NCBI GenBank assembly: GCA_019058315.1
Contig: JAHPZH010000001.1
Span: 1,420,685-1,484,684, forward strand
Source: Candidatus Helarchaeota archaeon
Lineage (GTDB): Archaea; Asgardarchaeota; Lokiarchaeia; Helarchaeales; RDOG01
DNA length: 64,000 nt
Reading direction: 5' to 3'
Positions within the stretch are counted from its first letter, which is position 1, and each line of letters begins with the position of its first letter. This document shows positions 19,783 through 29,477 of the stretch, piece by piece. Position numbers and translations under genes: made by a program. The notes under the pieces were generated by a model. The model saw only the letters and a list, made by a program, of their open reading frames with translations, did no database searches and was not told the origin of the DNA.

Positions 19783-22700
19783 TTGGGGTTTGAAGAACAT
19801 TCACTTGAATCAAAGTTAAAAGAATCAGAAGAAAAGTTTAGAACTATCACGGAAAACGCTTTAATGGGCATAAGTATTATTCAAGATAATCAATTAAAAT
19901 ATGTAAATCAAGCAGCTGCTGATATTTTAGGATATTCTCCTGAGGAACTGATGAGTTGGAGGATATCCGATATTTATAAGGTTATTCACTCAGAAGATCT
20001 CGATATTCTCTTGAATGTAGTAAAAAAAGATAAGGGTTTAACTGAACCAAATTTTATTCAGTATAGAGCTATTAAGAAAAATGGAGATATAATTTGGGTT
20101 GATAATTATACTAAACAGATTATGTATGAAGAACAACCTGCTATATTAATTATATCAATAGATATTACAGATAAGAAAGAAGCAGAACAAAGAATCAGAG
20201 AATCTGAAGAGAAATATAGATTAATAACTGAAAATGCCAATGATATGATATGTGTTTTAGACGAGAAACAAAAAATTGAATATTTCAACGAAGAAGTTCA
20301 TCAAAAAATTTTAGGATATAATAAAAATGATTTAATTGACAAATATGCTTTGGATTTTGCACATCCAGATGATATTCCAATTCTACTTGAAGAATTAAAG
20401 AAAAAATGGGATGTGGGATATGGAATTAAGGATCTCAGATTTAAACGTAAGGATGGTACTTATGCTTGGATTGAAGTAAAGGGGAAAATATTTCATGATA
20501 GAAAGGGAAATACAAAAATTCTGCTAATCGGTAGAGATATTAACGAAAGGAAACAAGCAGAACAGAAATTAAAAGAATCAGAAGAGAACTATCGAATAAT
20601 AACAGACAACGCAAATGATATGATCAGTAAGATAAATATGAATTTTAAAATTGAATATGTGAACGAACAAGTGCATCATAAAGTTTTGGGATATACAAAA
20701 GATGAATTAATTGGAAAAGATCTAACAAAATTAATACATCCTGATGATTTTGTGAATGTCCTAGAAATAGGAAAGAAAAGTTGGGAAAGGGGAGAGGCTA
20801 ATGCCATAATAAGATTAAAAAATAAAGATGGAATATATATTTGGGTTGAAGTTAAAGGGAGAAAAATAATAGATATAGATGGGAAAGAGAAAATATTAGG
20901 AGTTAGTAGAGATATTACTGAACGTAAGAAGATGGAGCAAGATTTAAAGGAGTCCGAAGCGAAATATCGCCTAATTTCAGAAAATGTAAATGATCTAATA
21001 GATGTTCTAGATGATAAATTTAAAATTGAATATGTAAACGAAGAAGCGCATAATAGGATTTCTGGTTATAGTTGGGGGGATTCAATTGGTAAAGATGCTT
21101 TTAGGTATATGCATCCTGAAGACCTGACTAGAGTTGTTGAATTAACAAAAAAAGATTGGAATAAAGGGGAGGGTAGTTTTGAAGCAAGATTTAGAAAAAA
21201 AGATGGAGACTTTTATTGGCTTGGATTAAAGTGGAAACGATTTACTGATAGAGATGGTAGGGAGAAAATTTTAACAGTTGGTCGAGATATAACAGAACGT
21301 AAGAAAGTGGAGCAAAGGCTTAGGCAGTCTGAAGCCAAATACAGGGAGATATTAGGCTTTCTTCCCGATATAGTTTATGAACTTGATACTAATTTCAATA
21401 TAACTTATATAAATCAAGCAGGATTAAAAAAATTTGGTTATAGTCAAGATGAATTTGATAAGGGCTTGAATATGTCTAATTTACTTCCATCTAATGAATT
21501 GGAACGAGCAATAAAGAATTGTAAAAATATACTTAATAAAATTCCACAAAAACCACAAGATTATGTAATGGTAAAAAAAGATGGAACTAGATTTTGGGGT
21601 AGAATACGTGCAAAACCTATTATAAAAGGTGAAAGAAATTTAGGCATTAGAGGTGTTATTAGTGATATTACTGAGCAAAAATGGTTCCAAGATATGGTAA
21701 TCGAATCCGAGGAAAAATTCAGACGGATTTTTCATTCAATCCCCGATTTATTCTTCATAGTTTCAGGAGATACTACCGTTTTAGATTATAGTGGTAAACA
21801 ACAAGATTTTTTCATTCCGCCAGAGGAAATATTAGGGAAAAAAATGAGTAATATACTACCTCATAAACTCGGAACCAAATGTCTTGAATTAGTTAAAAAG
21901 ACTCTAAAAATTCAAAAACCTCAAACTTTAGAATATACACTTCCAATTAAAGAAGAACTTGAATATTTTGAAGCTCGCTTTTTTTACCTAACTGAAGATA
22001 AAATATCAATTTTCATTCGGAACATTACTAAAAGAAAAATTGCTGAAGCAAGATTTTCTAGGAAAAATAAATTGTTAAATGCAATAAATCAGGTTTTACA
22101 AGAAGCATTAGTCTGTCAGACTGATGAAGAGGTTGCCAATACATGTCTCAAAGTAGCATTAGAGTTAACAGATAGTGAGTTTGGTTTTATTGGTGAAATA
22201 ACAAGAGATAATCAATTTAATTTCATGGTATTGGATGCCCCAGGTTATGATTCGAATCAACAACCAGCATTAGTTGGAGAAAAAATGATGAAATTTATGA
22301 ATGTGGGTGGATTTTTGGATAATTTAATTAAAAATAAAAGAACCTATGTAATCTCTGACGCTTCTAAGAATCCTTATATCGCTGAGCTTCCAAACTACCA
22401 TCCGAAATTAATTTCATTTTTAGGAGTTCCAATAATACAAAGAGAACAAACTATAGGGATGATTGGACTCGCAAATAAGAGATTAGGTTATGATATAACT
22501 GATCAGAGAGATATCGAATCTTTATCAGTGGCTTTTATTGAAGCTTTAATGCGTAAACGTGCAGAAAGAGAAGTAAAAGAACATCATGAACGTCTTGAAG
22601 AAATGATGCAAGAGTCCATGATTCAATTAAAAATAAGTCAAAAAGAACTTAAAAAGAAAACTATTGAACATATAAAGACCGGAGAAGAATTAAAGGAATC

Positions 22701-24579
22701 TGAAGAAAAATATAGAGAAACTCTAGATTTACTTCCGGATATCGTATTTGAAGTAGATAATAAAATGAATTTAACATATGCAAATCAAGCTTTATATGAT
22801 AAATTTGGATATACTCAAGACGATTTTGATAAAAGAGTGAAAACCGTCGAATTGATTTCTAAAGATCATTTAGAAAAAGCAATGAAAAGTTTTAGGATAA
22901 CTCTTAATGGAATTAAAGTTGAACCAACTGAATATTTATTAATAAAAAAAGATGGTTCAAAATTTTGGGGTAGAGTACACACCGATCCTATCTATAGAGA
23001 AAAAAATATCACTGGAGTTAGGGGTGTAATTAGTGATATTTCTAAGGAAAAGAAGGCAGAAGAGGAATTGATACAAAGAATGAGAGAAATGAAGACTTTC
23101 ATTAACAACATTCCTCACATGGCTTGGCTCAAAGATATAAATTCAAATTTTATTCTCGCCAATCAGAAATTTGGCGATGTTGTGGGAATGGATCCTGAAT
23201 TTCTTCGAAATAATACTTGTGCTGTTTGTTTTGGTGAAGAAGCAGCTAAGAAATTCAAAGAAGATGATAAAGTAGTAATGGAAGGAAAGAACAAAATTAC
23301 AGTTGAAGAAACTATTATGGATAAGGATGGAGAGGAAATAAACCTTGAGACTACAAAATCGCCCATATTTAATTATAACGGGGATATTATAGGTACTGTA
23401 GGGATTGCTATTGATATTACTGAACGTAAAAAAATTGAAAGTAAGCTTAGAGAATCCGAACAAAGGTTTAGAAATTTTATCGAAAATAATCCTGATGGAA
23501 TACTTGTTGCAGATGTTGAAACTAAGAAATTTATTTTTGGTAATAGAAGGATTTCCGAAATGTTAGGTTATAACTTAGAGGAGATTGAGGATATGGGGGT
23601 CATGGATATTCATCCAGAGGAGGATGTCCAATATGTTATTGAACAATTCGAGAAACAAGCAAGGAAAGAGATTTTATTGGCTAAGAATATCCCAGTTAAA
23701 AGGAAAGATGGGAGTGTTTTTTATGCAGATATAAACTCGTCTGATACAATATTAAACGGGAAGAAATGTTTAGTCGGTGCTTTTAGGGATATTACAGAGC
23801 GTATGAATATGGAGGAGCAGCTTCGGGAATTGTCTGAAAATTTAAGTCAAAAAGTGGAAGAACAAACTCACGAGTTGAAAGAAACTCAGGAGAAATTAAT
23901 ATATAGAGAGAAGATGGAAGCAGTAGGAAAATTTGCAGGAGGTATTAGTGGCAAACTTAAATCTCCATTTGAAATTATCAATAATTCACTTTTTAATTTA
24001 AGATTGAAATTAAAAGATACCGGCGAGGATGTGAGAAGAGATTTAAATATTATACAGCAAGCAATAAACAGAGCATGTGATTTAGTTTTAGGTCTACCAG
24101 AATACACACGATTTAAAGTACCAATGCTTATTAAAGGTGATATAAATACAATTGTCCAAGAGGTACTGATAGATTCTGAAATTCAGGAAAATATTGTCGT
24201 TGAATCCCAATTGGATAAGAATTTGCCTCAAATTGACTTTGATCCAAATCAAATTAAACAAGCATTCATTAATATTATATTAAATGCTGTACAAGCTATG
24301 CCAAATGGAGGAAGATTGACAATAAAAAGTAAATTAATAGATGATAGTATAGAAGTGGATTTCAAGGATACAGGAGAGGGAATCTCAGAAGAGAACCTAA
24401 AAAAAGTATTTGAACCATTATTTAGCACAAAAACCGAAAATATTGGATTAGGACTACCAATTGTTAAGGATATCATTAATAAACATAATGGAACAGTGGC
24501 AATAGAGAGTAAAATTGGTGAGGGTACAAAAATAACAATAAAATTACCTATTTCTCAAAATAAAACTGAAAAAAAATAG
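19783..24579 (+). CDS. Multi-sensor histidine-kinase-like protein (9 PAS + GAF + degenerate HisKA + HATPase)
   Basis: Repeated ESE(E/A)K(Y/F)R...DITERK PAS/PAC units, GAF (SFLGVPI..GMIGLAN), N-box NAVQAM, DTGEG, FEPLFSTK, GLGL. Confidence 0.93.
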   Translation: MGFEEHSLESKLKESEEKFRTITENALMGISIIQDNQLKYVNQAAADILGYSPEELMSWRISDIYKVIHSEDLDILLNVVKKDKGLTEPNFIQYRAIKKNGDIIWVDNYTKQIMYEEQPAILIISIDITDKKEAEQRIRESEEKYRLITENANDMICVLDEKQKIEYFNEEVHQKILGYNKNDLIDKYALDFAHPDDIPILLEELKKKWDVGYGIKDLRFKRKDGTYAWIEVKGKIFHDRKGNTKILLIGRDINERKQAEQKLKESEENYRIITDNANDMISKINMNFKIEYVNEQVHHKVLGYTKDELIGKDLTKLIHPDDFVNVLEIGKKSWERGEANAIIRLKNKDGIYIWVEVKGRKIIDIDGKEKILGVSRDITERKKMEQDLKESEAKYRLISENVNDLIDVLDDKFKIEYVNEEAHNRISGYSWGDSIGKDAFRYMHPEDLTRVVELTKKDWNKGEGSFEARFRKKDGDFYWLGLKWKRFTDRDGREKILTVGRDITERKKVEQRLRQSEAKYREILGFLPDIVYELDTNFNITYINQAGLKKFGYSQDEFDKGLNMSNLLPSNELERAIKNCKNILNKIPQKPQDYVMVKKDGTRFWGRIRAKPIIKGERNLGIRGVISDITEQKWFQDMVIESEEKFRRIFHSIPDLFFIVSGDTTVLDYSGKQQDFFIPPEEILGKKMSNILPHKLGTKCLELVKKTLKIQKPQTLEYTLPIKEELEYFEARFFYLTEDKISIFIRNITKRKIAEARFSRKNKLLNAINQVLQEALVCQTDEEVANTCLKVALELTDSEFGFIGEITRDNQFNFMVLDAPGYDSNQQPALVGEKMMKFMNVGGFLDNLIKNKRTYVISDASKNPYIAELPNYHPKLISFLGVPIIQREQTIGMIGLANKRLGYDITDQRDIESLSVAFIEALMRKRAEREVKEHHERLEEMMQESMIQLKISQKELKKKTIEHIKTGEELKESEEKYRETLDLLPDIVFEVDNKMNLTYANQALYDKFGYTQDDFDKRVKTVELISKDHLEKAMKSFRITLNGIKVEPTEYLLIKKDGSKFWGRVHTDPIYREKNITGVRGVISDISKEKKAEEELIQRMREMKTFINNIPHMAWLKDINSNFILANQKFGDVVGMDPEFLRNNTCAVCFGEEAAKKFKEDDKVVMEGKNKITVEETIMDKDGEEINLETTKSPIFNYNGDIIGTVGIAIDITERKKIESKLRESEQRFRNFIENNPDGILVADVETKKFIFGNRRISEMLGYNLEEIEDMGVMDIHPEEDVQYVIEQFEKQARKEILLAKNIPVKRKDGSVFYADINSSDTILNGKKCLVGAFRDITERMNMEEQLRELSENLSQKVEEQTHELKETQEKLIYREKMEAVGKFAGGISGKLKSPFEIINNSLFNLRLKLKDTGEDVRRDLNIIQQAINRACDLVLGLPEYTRFKVPMLIKGDINTIVQEVLIDSEIQENIVVESQLDKNLPQIDFDPNQIKQAFINIILNAVQAMPNGGRLTIKSKLIDDSIEVDFKDTGEGISEENLKKVFEPLFSTKTENIGLGLPIVKDIINKHNGTVAIESKIGEGTKITIKLPISQNKTEKK

Positions 24580-24661
24580 TTAAAATTAATTAATTTTATC
24601 TTTCTGAAGATTTTTAAAACAAACTATATAAAAAATAAAAAAAAGAAATAAAATAAAATTT

Positions 24662-25132
24662 TTATTCTTCAAGACCAAGTAATTTTCTTAGTTCTACCCA
24701 ATCTTCTTTTAAACCAGCGACATCCAGGATTTCTAACATTTTTTCTTGTCTTTCTTTTACGCCTAGATCCTCAAGAATATCTTGTACTCTTTCACCTTTA
24801 ACTCCAATTTTTTCAAGAGTTTCTTCTAATTTTTTTCTTTGTTCAGGTAAATCCATTCTTTCAATGAATTCTTTAAGTCTGTTGTATTGTTCGGTAATAC
24901 CAAGTATTTCATTAATTTTTCTGATTTTTTCAACTCTTTTTGGAATTTCTAATTCAGTTATTACAGCTTTGATTTTTTCGTCTATTTTATCTATACCTAA
25001 ACTTTCTCTTAATTTTTCAATTCTATCAGCTAATGATTCTCTTTCTTCACCTTCAGTTCCTAAAATATTTCTTAAAGGTTTCAAGAGAACATCAAAAATT
25101 GATTCTTTTTTTTCATCTTCCATTAAAATCAC
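24662..25132 (-). CDS. Hypothetical amphipathic helical repeat protein
   Basis: Repeated (L/I)xxxLG(I/V/L) units; GGTGA SD-like element near the start (likely ATG at 25123). Confidence 0.8.
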   Translation of the reverse strand: MILMEDEKKESIFDVLLKPLRNILGTEGEERESLADRIEKLRESLGIDKIDEKIKAVITELEIPKRVEKIRKINEILGITEQYNRLKEFIERMDLPEQRKKLEETLEKIGVKGERVQDILEDLGVKERQEKMLEILDVAGLKEDWVELRKLLGLEE

Positions 25133-25168
25133 CTATTTCTTTTTTTTACCTCATTTTTATTTTTATTA

Positions 25169-25272
25169 TAGAGGTCTTAATTATATGTTTAGACCTCTAA
25201 TATATAAATGTTTCTATACAGAATTTTCGATTATAAATAAGGTTCTCAAAAAAGTTTTTATATAGACGTCTT
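25169..25272. promoter_or_regulatory. Three near-palindromic boxes (consensus TAGACGTCTA), putative PadR operator next to divergent TATA boxes
   Basis: TAGAGGTCTT 25169-25178, TAGACCTCTA 25190-25199, TAGACGTCTT 25263-25272. TATATAAA (25201-25208) and TTTTTATATA (~25255-25264) abut the boxes. Confidence 0.65.
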
Positions 25273-25327
25273 AATCATATAATTAATAATTATTAAGTTC
25301 TCAGAAAAAATTTGAGTCAGATTTATA

Positions 25328-25876
25328 ATGATGTTTCCTTCAGGATATAATCTAAAATCGCCAATAGAATTACTCATATTATTGACAATAAAAAAAGAAA
25401 AAGAGATTCATGGCTTTGATCTAATTAAAAAAATGGATGCTTTTAAATATTGGGAGCCCAAAGCCGGAACTATTTATCCAATTTTAGAGAGACTTTCGAA
25501 TAAAGGAATATTAGAAAAAATTGAAGCTTCTGAAGGAACGACTCGGAAAAAAGCTTTCTATCGGTTAGCAGAAGAAGGAGAAGCTATCTTAGAAAACAAT
25601 AAAGAAATATTTGATATAAGTTTTGACTTTTTTGAGAAACTTTTTGAAATAGGAAACGAATTTATCCTCGACGATTTAAAATTTATTAAATTTCTGAGTA
25701 AAAGAATAAATAGATATTTAACATTAATTCAAGAGAAAAAATTTGAGCCTTCCCCCGAGAATATAACAGAATTAGATAATATAATTGATCTATTAAATTC
25801 AAAAATTGAAAAAATTGACAAAAAGATTTCAGATTTAAAAAAAGAGGGAAAATTTGTAAAAATTAAAATTGAATAG
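25328..25876 (+). CDS. PadR-family transcriptional regulator
   Basis: HGFDLIK, WEPKAGTIYPILERL, RKKAFYRLAEEG. Confidence 0.92.
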   Translation: MMFPSGYNLKSPIELLILLTIKKEKEIHGFDLIKKMDAFKYWEPKAGTIYPILERLSNKGILEKIEASEGTTRKKAFYRLAEEGEAILENNKEIFDISFDFFEKLFEIGNEFILDDLKFIKFLSKRINRYLTLIQEKKFEPSPENITELDNIIDLLNSKIEKIDKKISDLKKEGKFVKIKIE

Positions 25877-25884
25877 GTGATTTT

Positions 25885-26394
25885 ATGGTTTTCAAATGGT
25901 TGAGAGATGTAGTAGAGGAAGAAAGATTACGTTTAAAAAATCAAGTTGAAAAGGCTTTAAAGAGAATAAGCGAAGATACTCGAGTAGAAACAATTAGAGA
26001 AACTATTCGGGATGTCTGGGGAGAAGTTAGGGACGATTATTTGGATACATTAGAAAAAATTCTGGGTTATGATCCTAAGAGTGATATTTATCTATTACAA
26101 GATTTCAATCAATTATTAAATCAAATAGGTCTCAATCCTCCTTATCCAAGGATTGATATTTTGGATGATGAAAATAAATTAAGCATGATAATTGATGTTC
26201 CTGGATTTTCAAAAGAAAATATTGAACTTGAATGTGCTCCGAATAAAATTGTTATAAGAGGAAAGGTAGATATAGAGGGAAATCAACGAGAGATTGACAA
26301 AATTATTAATTTACCTCGAAGAGTTGTTCCAGGAGAAGCAGTGGCAAAACTAAAAAATGGAATATTAATTGTGAAACTCCCCTTATCAAAGTAA
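25885..26394 (+). CDS. Small heat-shock protein (Hsp20/alpha-crystallin domain) with long helical N-terminus
   Basis: IDVPGFSKENI, INLP, AKLKNGILIVKLP; GGTGA SD. Confidence 0.92.
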   Translation: MVFKWLRDVVEEERLRLKNQVEKALKRISEDTRVETIRETIRDVWGEVRDDYLDTLEKILGYDPKSDIYLLQDFNQLLNQIGLNPPYPRIDILDDENKLSMIIDVPGFSKENIELECAPNKIVIRGKVDIEGNQREIDKIINLPRRVVPGEAVAKLKNGILIVKLPLSK

Positions 26395-26417
26395 TATCCT
26401 AAATTTTTGGAAGAACC

Positions 26418-26777
26418 TTATGTATCAATTTCTAATTCTTTGGCTTTCTTTGTAAAAAAAACTTTAATTACTCGATTCGCATTTTCTATTCCATTGAATA
26501 ATAAACTGCGTAATAAGTTTTGTAAGAGTTCTGATGCAATATTCTCATTTTCCAAATTATTTAAAACAATTGCTCCAATAATACCCCTCATACGTTGAAA
26601 TAATATTTTATGCTTTTCTAAAATAAGTGAGGGTAAATAAATGGAAGTTAATTTTGTCATATATAAATCTATTAAAGGGAGAAAACCCGCAGCAGTAGAA
26701 TTTTCCTTAAAAACTTCACTTTTTGAAACTATTTGTTTTCCTTTGCTATCAAAAATTATTATATCGAGAATTTCCAA
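26418..26777 (-). CDS. Longin-like domain protein
   Basis: IIIFDSKGKQIVSK...AAGFL pattern of Asgard longin domains; paralog of 26807-27172. Confidence 0.7.
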   Translation of the reverse strand: MEILDIIIFDSKGKQIVSKSEVFKENSTAAGFLPLIDLYMTKLTSIYLPSLILEKHKILFQRMRGIIGAIVLNNLENENIASELLQNLLRSLLFNGIENANRVIKVFFTKKAKELEIDT

Positions 26778-26806
26778 GAATATAACCTTCTATTTTAAAA
26801 AAATCA

Positions 26807-27172
26807 TTAAATATCCCTAAAATTGGATTTATCAATAAAAAAATTGTTAATTACTTGATCTGAATTATCTAATCCTTTAAGATTCAGTTCAGTTAATAAA
26901 TTCTTTAACATTTCAGATGCTAATCGTTCATTTTCTCCAATATTCAATACAATGGCCCCGGTAATTTCTTTCATGCGTTCAAATAAAATTTTATGTTTCT
27001 CTAATGTTAATGAATAAATTTTTTCTGCCAATAATTTAGCCATATACATACTTATTGAATAAAGTAATCCTGCAGAAAGAATTTTTTCTTTAAAAATTTG
27101 ACTTTTACTAAAAATTGGTTTTCCATAACTATTGAAAATGATAATTTCTGGAATTTTCAACCTACAAGCCAC
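26807..27172 (-). CDS. Longin-like domain protein (probable start TTG at 27160)
   Basis: IIIFNSYGKPIFSK...LSAGLLYSI; shares LEKHKILFxRM and GAIVLN with the neighbour. Confidence 0.7.
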   Translation of the reverse strand: MACRLKIPEIIIFNSYGKPIFSKSQIFKEKILSAGLLYSISMYMAKLLAEKIYSLTLEKHKILFERMKEITGAIVLNIGENERLASEMLKNLLTELNLKGLDNSDQVINNFFIDKSNFRDI

Positions 27173-27369
27173 TTTTGATGGTTATTCTTTATATTAATAA
27201 TCAAGGATCAAAAAAGGTTTGGTTTTTAATAAGTTATAAAGTTAAATCGATTTTACTGATTTAAATTAAGATAAATTTCCAAAAAAAGTAGGTAAATTTA
27301 GATTTTTTGAAAAAAAAGAGGATAAATTGACAGTTTTTATATTTCTAATTCATCCTTTACTAAGCTTTT

Positions 27370-29385
27370 TTATTCAGGTTTTCCATATAGCTTTGTAACT
27401 TCTCCACGTTGCACTTTACCGACTGCAGTAATTGGAAGATCCTTAGCAAAAATTACACTTTTTGGTTTTTTAAAACCAGCGATTTTACCTCTACAAAACT
27501 CAATTATCTCTTCTTCAGTTGCAGATTGACCTGGTTTGAGTTGAACAACAGCACGTACAGATTCTCCCCACTTTTCATCAGGGACTCCAATCACAATTAC
27601 TTCATCTACCGCAGGATGATCATGGATTACTTCTTCGACTTCTAATGGGTAAACTTTTTCTCCTCCGGTATTGATACATGCCTTGATTCTCTCCACAATG
27701 TATATTTCACCTTCTTTTATATATCCAAGATCTCCAGAATGAAGCCAACCTTCTTTATCTATTGCTTTTTTAGTTTTTTCCTCGTCTCCATAGTACCCTT
27801 TCATCACCGAGGGGGATCTATAACATAATTCTCCTGTTTCTCCTTCTTTAAGCTCTTCACCGGTATCAGGATTTATAATTTTTACTTCTATACCATCAAG
27901 AATTTTACCAATTGAACGATTTTTAACAACATCTTCTTCTGCATCTAATTTTATACTAGTAATTGGAGACATTTCAGTTAAACCAAAACCATCGACCAAT
28001 AGAGCATTGGAAAATGTTTGCATTATCATTTTTTTATACTTGGCTCTTAAAAGGGAACCTCCACTTGATGCAACAATTAATTTAGAAAGGTCATAATTCC
28101 CATTTGTCACTAAAGGACTAGTAACAATTTCTTGCCACATAACAGGGACAAGAAATGCCCAATATACATTTTCTTTATCAATTAAATCAAGTGTCTCTTC
28201 AACACTAAATTTTTTATTCATGGGAAATAAGACTTCAGACACTGGGTTAAAGCCCCAGTTGACAAGCCATACACCAAACGCAGCTGAATGGAATAAAGGT
28301 GGGATAACTAAAATATTCATATTCCGTTCTATTTTAGGTTTATGAGTTAAACCACTTATTACAGCTCGTTTATACTTACCCTTTCCTTCCATCTTAGCGC
28401 CACTTCCTAGCAGCATTTTCATGATTTTTGGAAATAATTTTAATTTTCCCAACTTAGAAAAGGTTAGTGGGATTATTTTCACGAAATCACGAAGTTGGTC
28501 TGTAAATTTTGCGTCAAATAGCAGATCAAAATTCTTTGGCTTATCCCTGAATAATCTCATTTTATCATTAACTGTTGTTATTGTAATAGGCGGAAATGAA
28601 GGGCCAGTCTGCGATTTTGAATGAAATACTACAATTTTATCCTTTAAAGTATCTGTGATGAAATTAATCATGTTTGATCCAAATAATGAAAAAGCTTCTT
28701 GAACTTTCTTTTGAAATTTGTTTAATTTCTTTATTTCTCTATCTGAGTCAAGTTGTCTAGCGTGAGGTAGCGTTTTAATCAAAAATGAAAATAGCGATTC
28801 TTGATTGAATAAAATATTCTCGTATGTCAACATTACCCCTTTAGGCCGTCCAGTTGTTCCACCAGTGTAAACGATGACAGCTACATCTTCATCAGGTTTT
28901 ATTTTTACTTTTGGTTCTTTATCTTTAGATTTTCTAATTAAGCTTTCATAATTTAATACACCAGAAGGAATTTTTTCACCCTTACAAATATAATTTTTGA
29001 TTTTAGGAACATTGGGTTGAGTCTGAAGTACAACATCCAACACATCTTCTTCAAAAATTATACAAATTGAATCACTATTGTTTAAGACATATTCCAATTC
29101 GCTTGAGACATAACGATAATTTATTAAAACCGGAATTCCTCCGAAACTCTGGATAGCCATAACTGATTCTACAAAATAAGGGCTGTTGTGAAAGTCTACA
29201 GCAATTTTATCGCCAAATTTGTAGCCTAGCTTTTTTAAACCATAAGCCAATTTATTTATACGAGTGTTTAAATCTTTCCAAGATATATGTTTTTTCCCGT
29301 AAACTATTGCATCCATTTTCTTCGGTAAATATTTTGCTTTTAAAGTTATCATTTCTTTAAATGGAGATTTTTTTCCCATATTCAT
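27370..29385 (-). CDS. Acyl-CoA synthetase (AMP-forming) with ~160-aa internal insertion
   Basis: YTGGTTGRPKG, PPLFH, GFGLTE, WLHSGDLG, INTGGEKVYPLEVE, GKV. Confidence 0.92.
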   Translation of the reverse strand: MNMGKKSPFKEMITLKAKYLPKKMDAIVYGKKHISWKDLNTRINKLAYGLKKLGYKFGDKIAVDFHNSPYFVESVMAIQSFGGIPVLINYRYVSSELEYVLNNSDSICIIFEEDVLDVVLQTQPNVPKIKNYICKGEKIPSGVLNYESLIRKSKDKEPKVKIKPDEDVAVIVYTGGTTGRPKGVMLTYENILFNQESLFSFLIKTLPHARQLDSDREIKKLNKFQKKVQEAFSLFGSNMINFITDTLKDKIVVFHSKSQTGPSFPPITITTVNDKMRLFRDKPKNFDLLFDAKFTDQLRDFVKIIPLTFSKLGKLKLFPKIMKMLLGSGAKMEGKGKYKRAVISGLTHKPKIERNMNILVIPPLFHSAAFGVWLVNWGFNPVSEVLFPMNKKFSVEETLDLIDKENVYWAFLVPVMWQEIVTSPLVTNGNYDLSKLIVASSGGSLLRAKYKKMIMQTFSNALLVDGFGLTEMSPITSIKLDAEEDVVKNRSIGKILDGIEVKIINPDTGEELKEGETGELCYRSPSVMKGYYGDEEKTKKAIDKEGWLHSGDLGYIKEGEIYIVERIKACINTGGEKVYPLEVEEVIHDHPAVDEVIVIGVPDEKWGESVRAVVQLKPGQSATEEEIIEFCRGKIAGFKKPKSVIFAKDLPITAVGKVQRGEVTKLYGKPE

Positions 29386-29477
29386 ACAACCTAAATTTGT
29401 ATTATATCAGATAATTATTCAAAATTTTTTTTTAACTTTATTTAACAAATATAAAATAAAAATTCATAAATTGATAA

